Source of the DNA: Cellvibrionaceae bacterium
GTDB lineage: Bacteria > Pseudomonadota > Gammaproteobacteria > Pseudomonadales > Cellvibrionaceae
Reading direction: 5' to 3'
Length of the DNA stretch: 48,313 bases
Assembly: GCA_047634655.1 (NCBI GenBank)
Contig: JBLIHY010000001.1
Span: forward strand, 1 to 48,313
Shown one piece after another: positions 1-9,174 of the stretch. The notes beneath the pieces were generated by a model. It was not told the DNA's origin, did not search any database, and saw only the letters and a program-made list of their open reading frames with translations. Both the position numbers and the translations under genes were made by a program. Numbering within the stretch: position 1 is the first letter of the stretch; each line of letters begins with the position of its first letter.

Positions 1-794
1 TTTTTCCACCCATAGAGCGGCCGCCTCTAAGAGTCACTTTTCTAGAGGTGGGCCAGGGGACTTCGGTCGTGGTGGAAACAGCCAATCACCGAATGGTCTA
101 CGATGTTGGTAAACATTTCAGCGAGCGTTTTAACGCGGGGGAACACATCGTAGCGCCTTACCTGCTCAGCCGAGGGTATTCATCGGTTAACCGGCTCTAT
201 CTTAGTCACGGTGATGCCGACCACGCCGGTAGTGTGGATGACTTTCGCTCGGTTATAGAAGTCGAGCAACAATTCACCGGTGAACGTATGAGGGTTCCGG
301 GTCAGCAGTGCTACGCTGGACAATACTGGCGGTGGGACGATGTTGATTTTCGGGTCATCTGGCCCACTAAAGATTTTTTGGCGCGTACTTACACCCCTCT
401 GGAAAGCAACAATTTCTCTTGTGTCATAGCTATTCGTTACGGAGTCCACCGGTTACTGCTTAGCGGCGATATTGAAGCGGCGGCAGAGCGTGAAATTATC
501 AATGCCGATTTGTTGGGTGCGCAAACCGTCTTGCTGGTCCCACACCACGGGAGCCGCAGTTCTTCACACCAATCTTGGGTGGAGCGCTTACAGCCGCGAC
601 ATAGCGTTTTCACTGCTGGTTTCAGTAATGCTTATGGCCACCCAGATCCAGCGATTGAGTCGCGTTACCATCGGGTCCAAAGCCAACTCTGGCATACCGG
701 GCGCGATGGTGCCGTTCAGTTTGTATTTGATGATCGGCAGCGCTACCGGGCCTACTCGCAACGCCAGTACCGACCTCGTTATTGGTACGATTAG
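1..794 (+). CDS. comEC: ComEC/Rec2 DNA internalization protein, C-terminal metallo-beta-lactamase domain (5' partial, continues upstream of window)
   Basis: The frame is open from nt 3 with no upstream stop. It carries VTFLEVGQG, HGDADHAGS and VPHHGS motifs typical of the ComEC MBL domain. Confidence 0.85.
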   Translation, partial: FPPIERPPLRVTFLEVGQGTSVVVETANHRMVYDVGKHFSERFNAGEHIVAPYLLSRGYSSVNRLYLSHGDADHAGSVDDFRSVIEVEQQFTGERMRVPGQQCYAGQYWRWDDVDFRVIWPTKDFLARTYTPLESNNFSCVIAIRYGVHRLLLSGDIEAAAEREIINADLLGAQTVLLVPHHGSRSSSHQSWVERLQPRHSVFTAGFSNAYGHPDPAIESRYHRVQSQLWHTGRDGAVQFVFDDRQRYRAYSQRQYRPRYWYD

Positions 795-1231
795 ATGTTC
801 TCTGCGAACTTATATCGTGTGGTGTAATCCGAGTTTATACTCGGGAGCGAAGCTTGTCGCATCCCGCTTCTTATTGGCACCCCGAAGGCAACGCAGAGCG
901 TACGGGAAGTATTTACAGGCATTCAAAATCTAGGGTTTATGTTTTATTTCTAACCCAAACTCAAAATGCTAAGCCATAAGATAACGTGACCTGATATTAA
1001 TAATGTCTTTTCCGAGCAAAGCAGAGTTCTTTGAGAGAGCCTGCTAGGGCAGTGATTCGTGGTGTTTGTTGGCCTGGGCGCGCAGTTGTCGTGGGCTTAT
1101 TTTTTCCCCTTGTGTGTAAATCCAACAAGCGCCGTGCCCAGCAATGTGAGGTCGCTTTTACCGAGTACCCTGTTTATAATCCTAGGTTACTCAGCGACCT
1201 GATAGACGTTCCAAGGCGGGACAATAACTCC

Positions 1232-1738
1232 ATGATTTCAAACAGAAAACAATGGATTCAACTACTTAGATTGGCCATTACACTGACACTATTGTGGTTG
1301 CTTCTATCGGGTATGTTTAAACCGCTGTTACTATTCTTTGGCGGCTTTTCTGTCTTGTTGGTCTGCTATTTCGCGGCAACGATGAAGATGTTGAGTCATC
1401 GAGGACAATTGCTCTACTTTAGGCCCGGTGCACTGATTGTGTATTGGTTGTGGCTGATGGTGGAGATTCTCAAATCAAACTTCAAAGTGACAATGCAAAT
1501 ACTTCACCCCCGCCTGCCGATCGATCCGCAGTTGAAGGCCGTTCCAGCCAGACAAAAAACGGAGCTGGGACGCGTTACTTATGCAAATTCTATAACGCTG
1601 ACGCCGGGTACGGTAGCTATTAATATCGGTGTAAACGGAGACATACTGGTGCATGCACTGAACCGCCAATCTATCGAAGAACTGGAGAGTGGCGAATTGA
1701 ACCAGAAAGTTGCAAATCTGGAATATCCGACACAATGA
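1232..1738 (+). CDS. mrpE: Mrp/Mnh-type cation:proton antiporter subunit E
   Basis: From the ATG at 1232 (MISNRKQWIQLLRLAITLTLLWLLLSG) the product has MnhE-like architecture: two N-terminal TM helices plus a soluble C-terminus. I treat the 67-aa extension in the ORF track as spurious. The stop overlaps the next start (ATGA at 1735). Confidence 0.8.
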   Translation: MISNRKQWIQLLRLAITLTLLWLLLSGMFKPLLLFFGGFSVLLVCYFAATMKMLSHRGQLLYFRPGALIVYWLWLMVEILKSNFKVTMQILHPRLPIDPQLKAVPARQKTELGRVTYANSITLTPGTVAINIGVNGDILVHALNRQSIEELESGELNQKVANLEYPTQ

Positions 1739-2019
1739 TATTTACAGTCCTGGTCATTGCCATATTGGTCTCTCTGTTGCTGGTTGTTGTCAGAGCTTTG
1801 CTCGGGCCAACGATTTATGACCGGGTTTTGGCTGTAAATTCTGCTGGTACAAAAATCGTTATGCTGATCGCGGCCTACGGATTTTTAACCGAGCGCCCAG
1901 ATTTTATTGATATTTCTCTACTCTATGCTTTGATTAACTATATGGGCACTATTGCCGTGCTGAAATTTTTTGATGATCGCCAGCGGCCGTTCACTACTTA
2001 CCAAGAGGACGATCTGTAG
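1735..2019 (+). CDS. mrpF: Mrp/Mnh antiporter subunit F
   Basis: A 94-aa protein with 3 TM helices, matching MrpF/PhaF size and hydrophobic pattern. It is translationally coupled on both sides. Confidence 0.8.
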   Translation: MIFTVLVIAILVSLLLVVVRALLGPTIYDRVLAVNSAGTKIVMLIAAYGFLTERPDFIDISLLYALINYMGTIAVLKFFDDRQRPFTTYQEDDL

Positions 2020-2414
2020 TGGCACAGTTAGTTTATAACGTAAGCGCCGTGTTTATTTTAACGGGTTGTCTTTTTACGCTAAGCGGCGCAATCGGTCTGC
2101 TTCGCATGCCGGATCTGTACACCCGGGTCCACGCGGCGAGCGTAACCGACACCGGTGGACTTTTATTTATTTCTATTGGTTTAATTCTAGATGCTCTGTT
2201 TGTTTTTGATAATCCGTTGGCGGCCATCAAGCTTGCGCTCGTCGTATTTTTTGTTTTCTTTACCTCGCCGACGGCGTCGCACGCGCTCACCAAGGCTGCA
2301 CTTATGGCTAATATATTGCCGCAGTGTCCAAAGGGCTTGTCTGCTGTCGAAGAAACCCTGGCGGCTCAATCTAAGCAAACGCTAAATCCCTCCTCCGGCA
2401 CGGATCGCAACTGA
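2019..2414 (+). CDS. mrpG: Mrp/Mnh antiporter subunit G
   Basis: The GAIGLLRMPDLYTRVHAASVTDT motif is characteristic of MnhG/PhaG. GTG start overlaps the mrpF stop by 1 nt. Confidence 0.85.
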   Translation: MAQLVYNVSAVFILTGCLFTLSGAIGLLRMPDLYTRVHAASVTDTGGLLFISIGLILDALFVFDNPLAAIKLALVVFFVFFTSPTASHALTKAALMANILPQCPKGLSAVEETLAAQSKQTLNPSSGTDRN

Positions 2415-3004
2415 TGGAACAGTTGATCGTCATTTTTCTGCTGTCGATTTTGGTATTACTAACGCTGGGTATTATCTATTTAAATGATTTGCTGGTGGCT
2501 ATCATTTTATCCAGTTTATACAGTTTGGTGACCGCTGCCGTTTTTGTAGTTATGGATGCCGTCGATGTCGCCTTTACAGAAGCTGCTGTCGGTGCCGGTA
2601 TTTCGACGATTTTACTGCTCGGGGCACTAGGCCTTACTGACTCTCGGCAGAAACCGCATCGCGGTAATAGCATTCCAGCAATTATCGTTGTGGTCTTGAC
2701 GGGTGCGGTGTTGATTTACGGAACCTTGGACTTGCCTAGGTATGGCGATCCCGACTCGCCAGCCAATAAAAATCCCCTGCTGGCCCAGCACTTCATTCAG
2801 AGATCTGAGCAGGAAATCGATATTCCTAATGTCGTCACCTCAGTACTTGCCAGCTATCGCGGTTACGACACTCTCGGGGAAACGGTTGTGGTGTTCACTG
2901 CGGGCATAGCGGTTCTCAGCTTATTGGGCTTGCGACGACGAAAGTTTGGAAAAGGTGAAGCTGACCCTTCAAAAGTACCAAAAGACAATGAGTCAGGAAG
3001 ATAG
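2414..3004 (+). CDS. MbhD/DUF4040-like membrane protein with an MnhB-type segment (corresponds to the MrpA C-terminus / MrpB N-terminus)
   Basis: The hydrophobic N-terminus is DUF4040-like. The C-terminal half contains VTSVLASYRGYDTLGETVVVFTAG, the MnhB-family signature. Start overlaps the mrpG stop (ATGA-type). Confidence 0.75.
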   Translation: MEQLIVIFLLSILVLLTLGIIYLNDLLVAIILSSLYSLVTAAVFVVMDAVDVAFTEAAVGAGISTILLLGALGLTDSRQKPHRGNSIPAIIVVVLTGAVLIYGTLDLPRYGDPDSPANKNPLLAQHFIQRSEQEIDIPNVVTSVLASYRGYDTLGETVVVFTAGIAVLSLLGLRRRKFGKGEADPSKVPKDNESGR

Positions 3005-3009
3005 CCAAG

Positions 3010-3450
3010 ATGAAATCTCTTCTCAGTCAGCGTTTGCGATTGTCTCAGACCATTACAAAAATTCTGTTGCCCTTCGTCATGTTGTTTGCTTTGTATGTCC
3101 AATTTCACGGTGATTTCGGTCCCGGCGGTGGCTTCCAGGCGGGCGTTATTTTTGCTTCCGCTTTTATTGTCCACGGTTTGGTTTTTGGCGTACCGCTGAC
3201 TCGCCTGGTGATGCCTCCCAGCCTTTTGCGGATTTTGATGTCTCTGGGAGTTTTGATTTATGCGGGCATAGGAGTCGTCAGCATATTTCTGGGCGGTAAC
3301 TATTTAGATTATTCTGTTCTGGCGACTGACGCAGTAGCCGGGCAGCACTTGGGCATTTTAATCGTAGAGTTAGGCGTCGGTATTACGGTTGCAGCGGTAA
3401 TGATTTCGCTATTTTATTCGTTTTCAAGTCGACGACCATCCGCTAACTAA
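3010..3450 (+). CDS. mrpB: Mrp/Mnh antiporter subunit B
   Basis: The HGDFGPGGGFQAGVIF motif matches the MrpB G-x-PGGGF-x-GG signature. 146 aa, polytopic. Confidence 0.8.
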   Translation: MKSLLSQRLRLSQTITKILLPFVMLFALYVQFHGDFGPGGGFQAGVIFASAFIVHGLVFGVPLTRLVMPPSLLRILMSLGVLIYAGIGVVSIFLGGNYLDYSVLATDAVAGQHLGILIVELGVGITVAAVMISLFYSFSSRRPSAN

Positions 3451-3691
3451 CCCTGGAGATAAGTTGCGATTATCCTTTTCAGGATTAGCTACCAACTCGA
3501 TAATTTATTATTTGATATAAGTACGCCGGGTAATTTTCCACAGCGTACTTGCCATCTCAACCTATCTCCTAGCTTTGTTTGAATGACATATGTTGAAGAC
3601 ACCGTCCGCTGTAAGCTCAGCCACTGAAGTTGAAAAAAGTCTATGAAATTCCCAATAAAACGTATGAATTGATTTTAGTGGATCGCGAACA

Positions 3692-4075
3692 ATGGAGTAT
3701 TTAGATCTTTACAATTACTGGGTCGTCGTCGTTATTATGATGTCTGGATTTTACATCATGATCGCCCGGTTTAACTTAATAAAAAAACTTTTGGGTCTCA
3801 GTATTTTCCAGACAGGAATTTTTTATTTTTATATTAGTTTAGGCAAGATAGACGGTGGCACAGCGCCAATTCTCGTGGAAGGACAGGAAGCATTCGTCTA
3901 TTCTAATCCCCTGCCCCATGTACTCATTCTCACAGCTATCGTCGTCGGTGTAGCCACATTATCAGTGGGGCTTGCGCTTTCAGTGCGAATTTACGAGGAA
4001 TTTCATTCCATCGAAGAAGATGAGATCAAGGCGCAGATTTTTAAAGAATACGAACAAGAAAAAAAGATAAATTAG
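3692..4075 (+). CDS. mrpC: Mrp/Mnh antiporter subunit C (NuoK-like)
   Basis: A 127-aa, 3-TM protein with the NuoK/MnhC-like pattern (GFYIMIARFNLIKKLLGLSIFQTG). Confidence 0.8.
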   Translation: MEYLDLYNYWVVVVIMMSGFYIMIARFNLIKKLLGLSIFQTGIFYFYISLGKIDGGTAPILVEGQEAFVYSNPLPHVLILTAIVVGVATLSVGLALSVRIYEEFHSIEEDEIKAQIFKEYEQEKKIN

Positions 4076-4087
4076 GGATTCGCATTC

Positions 4088-5593
4088 TTGAATTTTATTT
4101 CACACATTCCCGCTTTACTGATCGTGTTGCCACTAGTGGCGGCACCGCTCTGCGTTATCGCAAGAAATTCACTGCTCGCATTTTTGCTGGCAGTGTCGGC
4201 CAATGCGATCGTTTTTTTGATGGCGATATACTTGTTTTTCCGCACAGTGCTGATGTCGGGCTTATACAATATCGGCGCAAGTCATTATGAATTAGGTGGC
4301 TGGTCGGCACCGACGGGTATCGAGTTCTATGTCGATATATTGAATGCTGCTTTAGTCTTACTCCTCACATTAATTAGCCTCCTGGCTTTATGTTTTTCAA
4401 AAAAGTCGATCCAGAAAGAAATTCCCGAATACCGTCACTATTTATTTTACGCGGGTTGGCTTCTCTGTTTGACGGGTCTATTGGGAATCAGTTTGACGGG
4501 TGATGTATTCAATGTTTTTGTCTTTTTAGAAATTTCTTCCCTTTCTATGTACATGCTGATCGCTATGGGAAAAGACAAAAAACACGCCGTATTGGCGGCA
4601 TTTCGTTATTTGATTTTAGGTAGTATCGGCGCCTCCTTTATTTTGTTGGGCATAGGTTTTCTCTATGCGGCTACCGGTACATTGAACATGTTTGATCTTT
4701 CCCAGCGATTACCAGATATAGAAAATAGCAGAACTTTATTAGTGGCATTCAGCTTTATTGCCGTTGGTCTTTTTGTTAAGACGGCTATTTTTCCTGTCTA
4801 TTCGTGGTTGCCCGATGCCTATCAGTATGCCCCTTCTTCGGTGACAGCCTTCCTAAGTGGTACCGCGACGAAAGTATCACTCTATGTCTTTTTGCGGTTT
4901 TTCTTTCATATTTTCGGTACCGACTACAGTTTCGGCGTACTTTTTCTCGGCAAACTATTGTTGCCACTATCCGTTGTTGGTTTTTCGGTGATGTCGGTGA
5001 TTGCCATTTTTCAAACTGACATACGGCGGATGTTGGCGTACTCCAGCATCGCCCAAATAAGCTATATCATGATGGCTATTAGCATGGGGACTGAGGCTGG
5101 TCTAGTGGCGGGTATTGTGCATATGATCAATCACGCTTTTATAAAAACTGCTCTGTTCTTAGCGGTTGGTTGTATCTTTTATCGACTGGGCTCTGCGCGG
5201 GTAACGGATATGTCTTCTTTGATCCGGCTGATGCCCTGGACCACAAGCGCATTTATTATTGCGGCGTTGAGTTTGATCGGTATACCCCTGACCGCTGGAT
5301 TTATTAGCAAGTGGTACTTGGTGCTGGCGGCTATCGACAGCGGCTGGTGGTTGATTGTTTTGATGATTTTATTTAGCTCTCTGATGGCGATTATTTATCT
5401 GGGCAGAATTATTGAGTTAATGTGTTCTGGTAATCAGCAAGATAATGTCACTGACATCCGTGAAGCGCCCTTGTCCATGCTTATCCCTTTGTGGATCTTG
5501 ATTTTGATCAGTCTGACGGTTGGCATCAACGGTAGCTTTGTTGTCGATATTGCTCAATTAGCGGCGGATCAGTTATTGGGAGGTATGGAGTGA
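4088..5593 (+). CDS. mrpD: Antiporter-like large subunit 1 (MrpD/NuoN/NuoM family proton-conducting membrane transporter)
   Basis: 501 aa and polytopic. Conserved segments WLPDAY, AFLSGTATKV, MLAYSSIAQISY and HAFIKTALFL are typical of the Proton_antipo_M family. Confidence 0.85.
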   Translation: MNFISHIPALLIVLPLVAAPLCVIARNSLLAFLLAVSANAIVFLMAIYLFFRTVLMSGLYNIGASHYELGGWSAPTGIEFYVDILNAALVLLLTLISLLALCFSKKSIQKEIPEYRHYLFYAGWLLCLTGLLGISLTGDVFNVFVFLEISSLSMYMLIAMGKDKKHAVLAAFRYLILGSIGASFILLGIGFLYAATGTLNMFDLSQRLPDIENSRTLLVAFSFIAVGLFVKTAIFPVYSWLPDAYQYAPSSVTAFLSGTATKVSLYVFLRFFFHIFGTDYSFGVLFLGKLLLPLSVVGFSVMSVIAIFQTDIRRMLAYSSIAQISYIMMAISMGTEAGLVAGIVHMINHAFIKTALFLAVGCIFYRLGSARVTDMSSLIRLMPWTTSAFIIAALSLIGIPLTAGFISKWYLVLAAIDSGWWLIVLMILFSSLMAIIYLGRIIELMCSGNQQDNVTDIREAPLSMLIPLWILILISLTVGINGSFVVDIAQLAADQLLGGME

Positions 5594-7071
5594 GTCCTAC
5601 TTATGCCTTGCTTCCGCCATTATTGGTTGTTCCCTTTATTGTTTTTTTCGGAGACCGTTATAAAAACTTGAGAGAGGCTAGCATTCTTTTTGCGGGAATC
5701 AGTCTATTTTTCATCAATGTCGGACTTTACCAAGCCTTCCTCAATCAAGAGCTATTACTCAGTGATCAGTTAGTTTTATTTCCGCGCCTGTCGCTATACC
5801 TCTACGCAGAACCCCTGGGAATAATGTTCGGGCTATTGGCCAGTTTCCTCTGGGTAGTGACGACAATTTATAGCATTGGCTACATGCGTGCCCATGGTGA
5901 AAAAAACCAGACGCGATTTTATGTTTTTTTTGCACTGGCTATTTCAGCAGTGATGGCGGCAGCTTACGCGGGTAATTTATTAACGCTATTTATTGCTTAC
6001 GAGCTGATTACCATCGTCACTTTGCCACTGGTCACTCACGCTGGCACACCACAAGCTAGGCGCGCTGGCCGCATCTATCTCGGCGTATTAATGGGAAGTT
6101 CGATTCTGCTATTGCTGCCGGCTATCATCATTATCTGGTGGATGACCGGTGCAACCGATTCCGGCACCACTGATTTTGTCGCGGGAGGTATTTTAGGTTC
6201 AGTGGGCATAACGCCTTTTTGGACAACTATCCTGCTGACACTAATAGTCCTCGGTACTGCTAAAGCGGCGCTCATGCCTTTCCATAGTTGGCTACCTAAT
6301 GCCATGGTCGCTCCAACGCCAGTGAGTGCGTTACTGCACGCGGTTGCTGTCGTCAAAACTGGAGTATTTTTGATCGTCAAAGTCGTGGTTTATATTTTTG
6401 GTTTCGAATTGATCGAGCAAACCAATGCCGCCGATTTTTTACTAGTTCTTTCGGTAATAACTATTGTCGTCGCTTCTTTAATCGCCCTGCGCAAGGATAA
6501 TCTCAAGGCCCGGCTAGCCTATTCGACGATTTCGCAACTGGCCTATATGGTTATGGCGGCTTTACTGGCTAATGCGGTTGCAGTGAAGGGCGCAGCCCTG
6601 CATATGGTGACCCACGCTTTTGGTAAAATAACGTTATTTTTTTGTGCTGGAGCGATAATGGTGGCCTCCCATAAAAAATTAATCAGTGAGCTGGACGGCA
6701 TCGGTAAATTCATGCCAATCACCATGTCAGCTTTTTTTATTGCCGCTTTGAGTATTATCGGCTTGCCACCTCTGGCTGGTGTTTGGAGTAAATTACTGAT
6801 TATCGAGGGCTCTATACAAGCAGAGCAATTATGGCTGGTGGCGACACTAATATTAGGTTCACTGCTTAGTGCCGCTTACTTATTGCCAATATGTTTTCGA
6901 GCATTCTTTGCCGGCGGCGCCTCCAGCAGTGGCCCAAATCAGAAAATTACTCCTGTAAAGGAAGCGCCATTACCTTGCTTGATAGCTATCTTAATAACAA
7001 CGACCGCTTGCCTAGTCGTTTTTTTTCAACCCAATATGATTATCGACTTAGTTAATAAAATTGATTGGTAA
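5590..7071 (+). CDS. Antiporter-like large subunit 2 (MrpD/NuoM family)
   Basis: 493 aa, with FHSWLPNAMVAPTPVSALLHAVAVVKTG, LAYSTISQLAYM and HAFGKITLFF. The GTG start overlaps the upstream stop. Confidence 0.85.
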   Translation: MSPTYALLPPLLVVPFIVFFGDRYKNLREASILFAGISLFFINVGLYQAFLNQELLLSDQLVLFPRLSLYLYAEPLGIMFGLLASFLWVVTTIYSIGYMRAHGEKNQTRFYVFFALAISAVMAAAYAGNLLTLFIAYELITIVTLPLVTHAGTPQARRAGRIYLGVLMGSSILLLLPAIIIIWWMTGATDSGTTDFVAGGILGSVGITPFWTTILLTLIVLGTAKAALMPFHSWLPNAMVAPTPVSALLHAVAVVKTGVFLIVKVVVYIFGFELIEQTNAADFLLVLSVITIVVASLIALRKDNLKARLAYSTISQLAYMVMAALLANAVAVKGAALHMVTHAFGKITLFFCAGAIMVASHKKLISELDGIGKFMPITMSAFFIAALSIIGLPPLAGVWSKLLIIEGSIQAEQLWLVATLILGSLLSAAYLLPICFRAFFAGGASSSGPNQKITPVKEAPLPCLIAILITTTACLVVFFQPNMIIDLVNKIDW

Positions 7072-7131
7072 AAGCCTGTCAATCGCCATTGTGTTTTAAT
7101 TTTTAAATTTATTTTTTACCAGGTAGTTGCG

Positions 7132-7437
7132 ATGGATAGCCATCAAAAATCTTCGGACAAAGAACTAACAATTTTTGAAAAGCCCAAAAATATCCGCGCA
7201 ATACTTTATGCGCTTTATGGAATCTGTATGATTCTAGTTTTGTTGGATTTTGTCGTACACCGTCATACAGAGGTGGCTATTGAAAAATTACCAGGTTTCT
7301 ACGCATTTTATGGTTTTACGGCCTGTGTTTTATTGGTGTTGCTGGCAACGCAAATGCGCAAGCTTGTAATGCGAAAGGAAAATTACTATCTGAATTCTCA
7401 ACAGACACCCAGTAAACAAGTTCGGCAGCGGCGTTAA
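7132..7437 (+). CDS. Small 2-TM membrane protein of unknown function embedded in the Mrp-like cluster
   Basis: 101 aa with a charged N-terminus, two clear hydrophobic helices and a basic C-terminus. It ends 3 nt before the next gene. I recognise no family. Confidence 0.5.
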   Translation: MDSHQKSSDKELTIFEKPKNIRAILYALYGICMILVLLDFVVHRHTEVAIEKLPGFYAFYGFTACVLLVLLATQMRKLVMRKENYYLNSQQTPSKQVRQRR

Positions 7438-7440
7438 ATC

Positions 7441-9174
7441 ATGTCGTTTAATGTGATGTCACTACCGCCTTTCGCTTTATTTTTCTTGAGCGCACTATTT
7501 TTAGTCTTATTGCGCGGTAAGCTGGGTCATTTAATGGCTGCGGTAATTACTGTTGCGACCCCTGTGCTGAGTGCTATTTTGCTTTTTCAGTGGCAGGAAG
7601 GTAGTTATGGTCACTATATTTTGCTGGATCTGGAACTAACCCTGATCAAGGTTGATCGTTTAAGTTTACTTTTTGCCTACCTCTTCCATATCGCCGCATT
7701 TTTTGCCGGTATTTTCGCTCTTCATGTTAAAGATCGTGTTCAGCAGGTGGCGGCACTGGCATATACAGGCAGTGCCATCGGTGCAGTTTTTGCCGGCGAC
7801 TGGATCACCTTATTTGTTTTTTGGGAGTTGTTGGCCCTAACTTCAGTTTTTTTGATTTTGGCCCGTCGCTCTGAGTCTAGCTTGCGAAGCGCGATGCGTT
7901 ATTTAGTGATCCAAATCCTCTCGGGTATTTTACTCCTAACCGGCGCGCTGCTGCTTATCAAGATCAGCGGAAATACGGCAATTGTTCCGCTGACTTTGGA
8001 CAACGTTTTCTCTTCACCTGAAAGTGTGGCCATATGGCTAATTTTTCTAGCCTATGGCATCAAGTGCGGTTTTCCCTTTTTGCACAACTGGATTGTCGAT
8101 GCTTACCCAGAGGCAACGCCAACAGGAACTATTTTTCTTTGTGCGCTGACCACTAAGGTGGCGGTTTACGCGCTAGCCAGAAGTTTCGCCGGCAACGATA
8201 TTTTGATTACGATTGGTTTGGTAATGGCTTGTTTTCCAATTTTTTATGCCGTTATTGAGAATGACCTACGCCGGGTGCTGGCCTACAGTATGATTAACCA
8301 AATTGGTTTTATGGTGTGTGGAATTGGTCTCGGTACCGAAATGGCCATTAACGGCGCGGTGGCGCACGCCTTTAACGACGTTATTTTTAAAGGCTTGTTG
8401 ATGATGTCAATGGGAGCAGTTTTGTATCGGGTAGGCCACGTCAATGGTTCTCACTTGGGCGGTCTGTATAAAACCATGCCAAAGACAACCATTCTCTGCA
8501 TTGTCGGTGCCGCATCGATTTCCGCTTTTCCGCTTTTCAGCGGTTTCGTCAGCAAATCGATTATCCTTGCAGAAATGATCAAAGCCGGACATATAGTGGG
8601 CTGGCTGTTGTTGTTATTCGCGGCGGCGGGCGTGTTCCACCATGCGGGAATTAAAATCCCCTTCTTTGCCTTTTTTGCCCACGATTCCGGATTGCGACCA
8701 AAAGAAGCGCCAGCGAATATGTTGATTGCCATGAGCATCGCGGCGGCACTGTGTATTTTTATCGGCAGCTATCCTCAATTCCTTTATTCCTTGCTTCCCT
8801 ATGAAATGAATTACACGCCTTACGATACCACTCATATCCTGACCCAGCTACAATTGCTATTTTTCTCCGCACTGGCTTTTGTCTGGCTTAATTTGAAAGG
8901 CCTATATCCACCGGAGTTAAAGTCCATCAATATCGATACGGACTGGATTTACCGTCGCCTCGGCCTTCAACGCTGGAAAAAAATCGAAAGTGCGGTGGCG
9001 ATATGTTATCGCTCGCTGTCAGCGGTATCGCTCAAAGTGCTGTCGCTATTGTTTCGCTGGATTACTGCCCATGCTCAACCCAACGCCGTATTATCCCGCG
9101 GATGGACAATTTATTCGATGTTGATGGCGCTATTAGTAACCATGATGGTAATGCTAGTATTTAATTATATTTAG
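7441..9174 (+). CDS. Antiporter-like large subunit 3 (MrpD/MrpA/NuoL family, 577 aa)
   Basis: Polytopic, with FVFWELLALTSVFLI, LHNWIVDAYPEATPTG, VLAYSMINQIGFM and HAFNDVIFKGLL (Proton_antipo_M-type). The extended C-terminus has additional TM helices. Confidence 0.85.
   Translation: MSFNVMSLPPFALFFLSALFLVLLRGKLGHLMAAVITVATPVLSAILLFQWQEGSYGHYILLDLELTLIKVDRLSLLFAYLFHIAAFFAGIFALHVKDRVQQVAALAYTGSAIGAVFAGDWITLFVFWELLALTSVFLILARRSESSLRSAMRYLVIQILSGILLLTGALLLIKISGNTAIVPLTLDNVFSSPESVAIWLIFLAYGIKCGFPFLHNWIVDAYPEATPTGTIFLCALTTKVAVYALARSFAGNDILITIGLVMACFPIFYAVIENDLRRVLAYSMINQIGFMVCGIGLGTEMAINGAVAHAFNDVIFKGLLMMSMGAVLYRVGHVNGSHLGGLYKTMPKTTILCIVGAASISAFPLFSGFVSKSIILAEMIKAGHIVGWLLLLFAAAGVFHHAGIKIPFFAFFAHDSGLRPKEAPANMLIAMSIAAALCIFIGSYPQFLYSLLPYEMNYTPYDTTHILTQLQLLFFSALAFVWLNLKGLYPPELKSINIDTDWIYRRLGLQRWKKIESAVAICYRSLSAVSLKVLSLLFRWITAHAQPNAVLSRGWTIYSMLMALLVTMMVMLVFNYI

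Noticed and set aside
1031-1231. 67-codon N-terminal extension of the mrpE ORF in the six-frame track
   Set aside because: The extension is arginine- and cysteine-rich, non-membrane, and starts at a non-ATG codon. A canonical MnhE N-terminus begins at the ATG at 1232.
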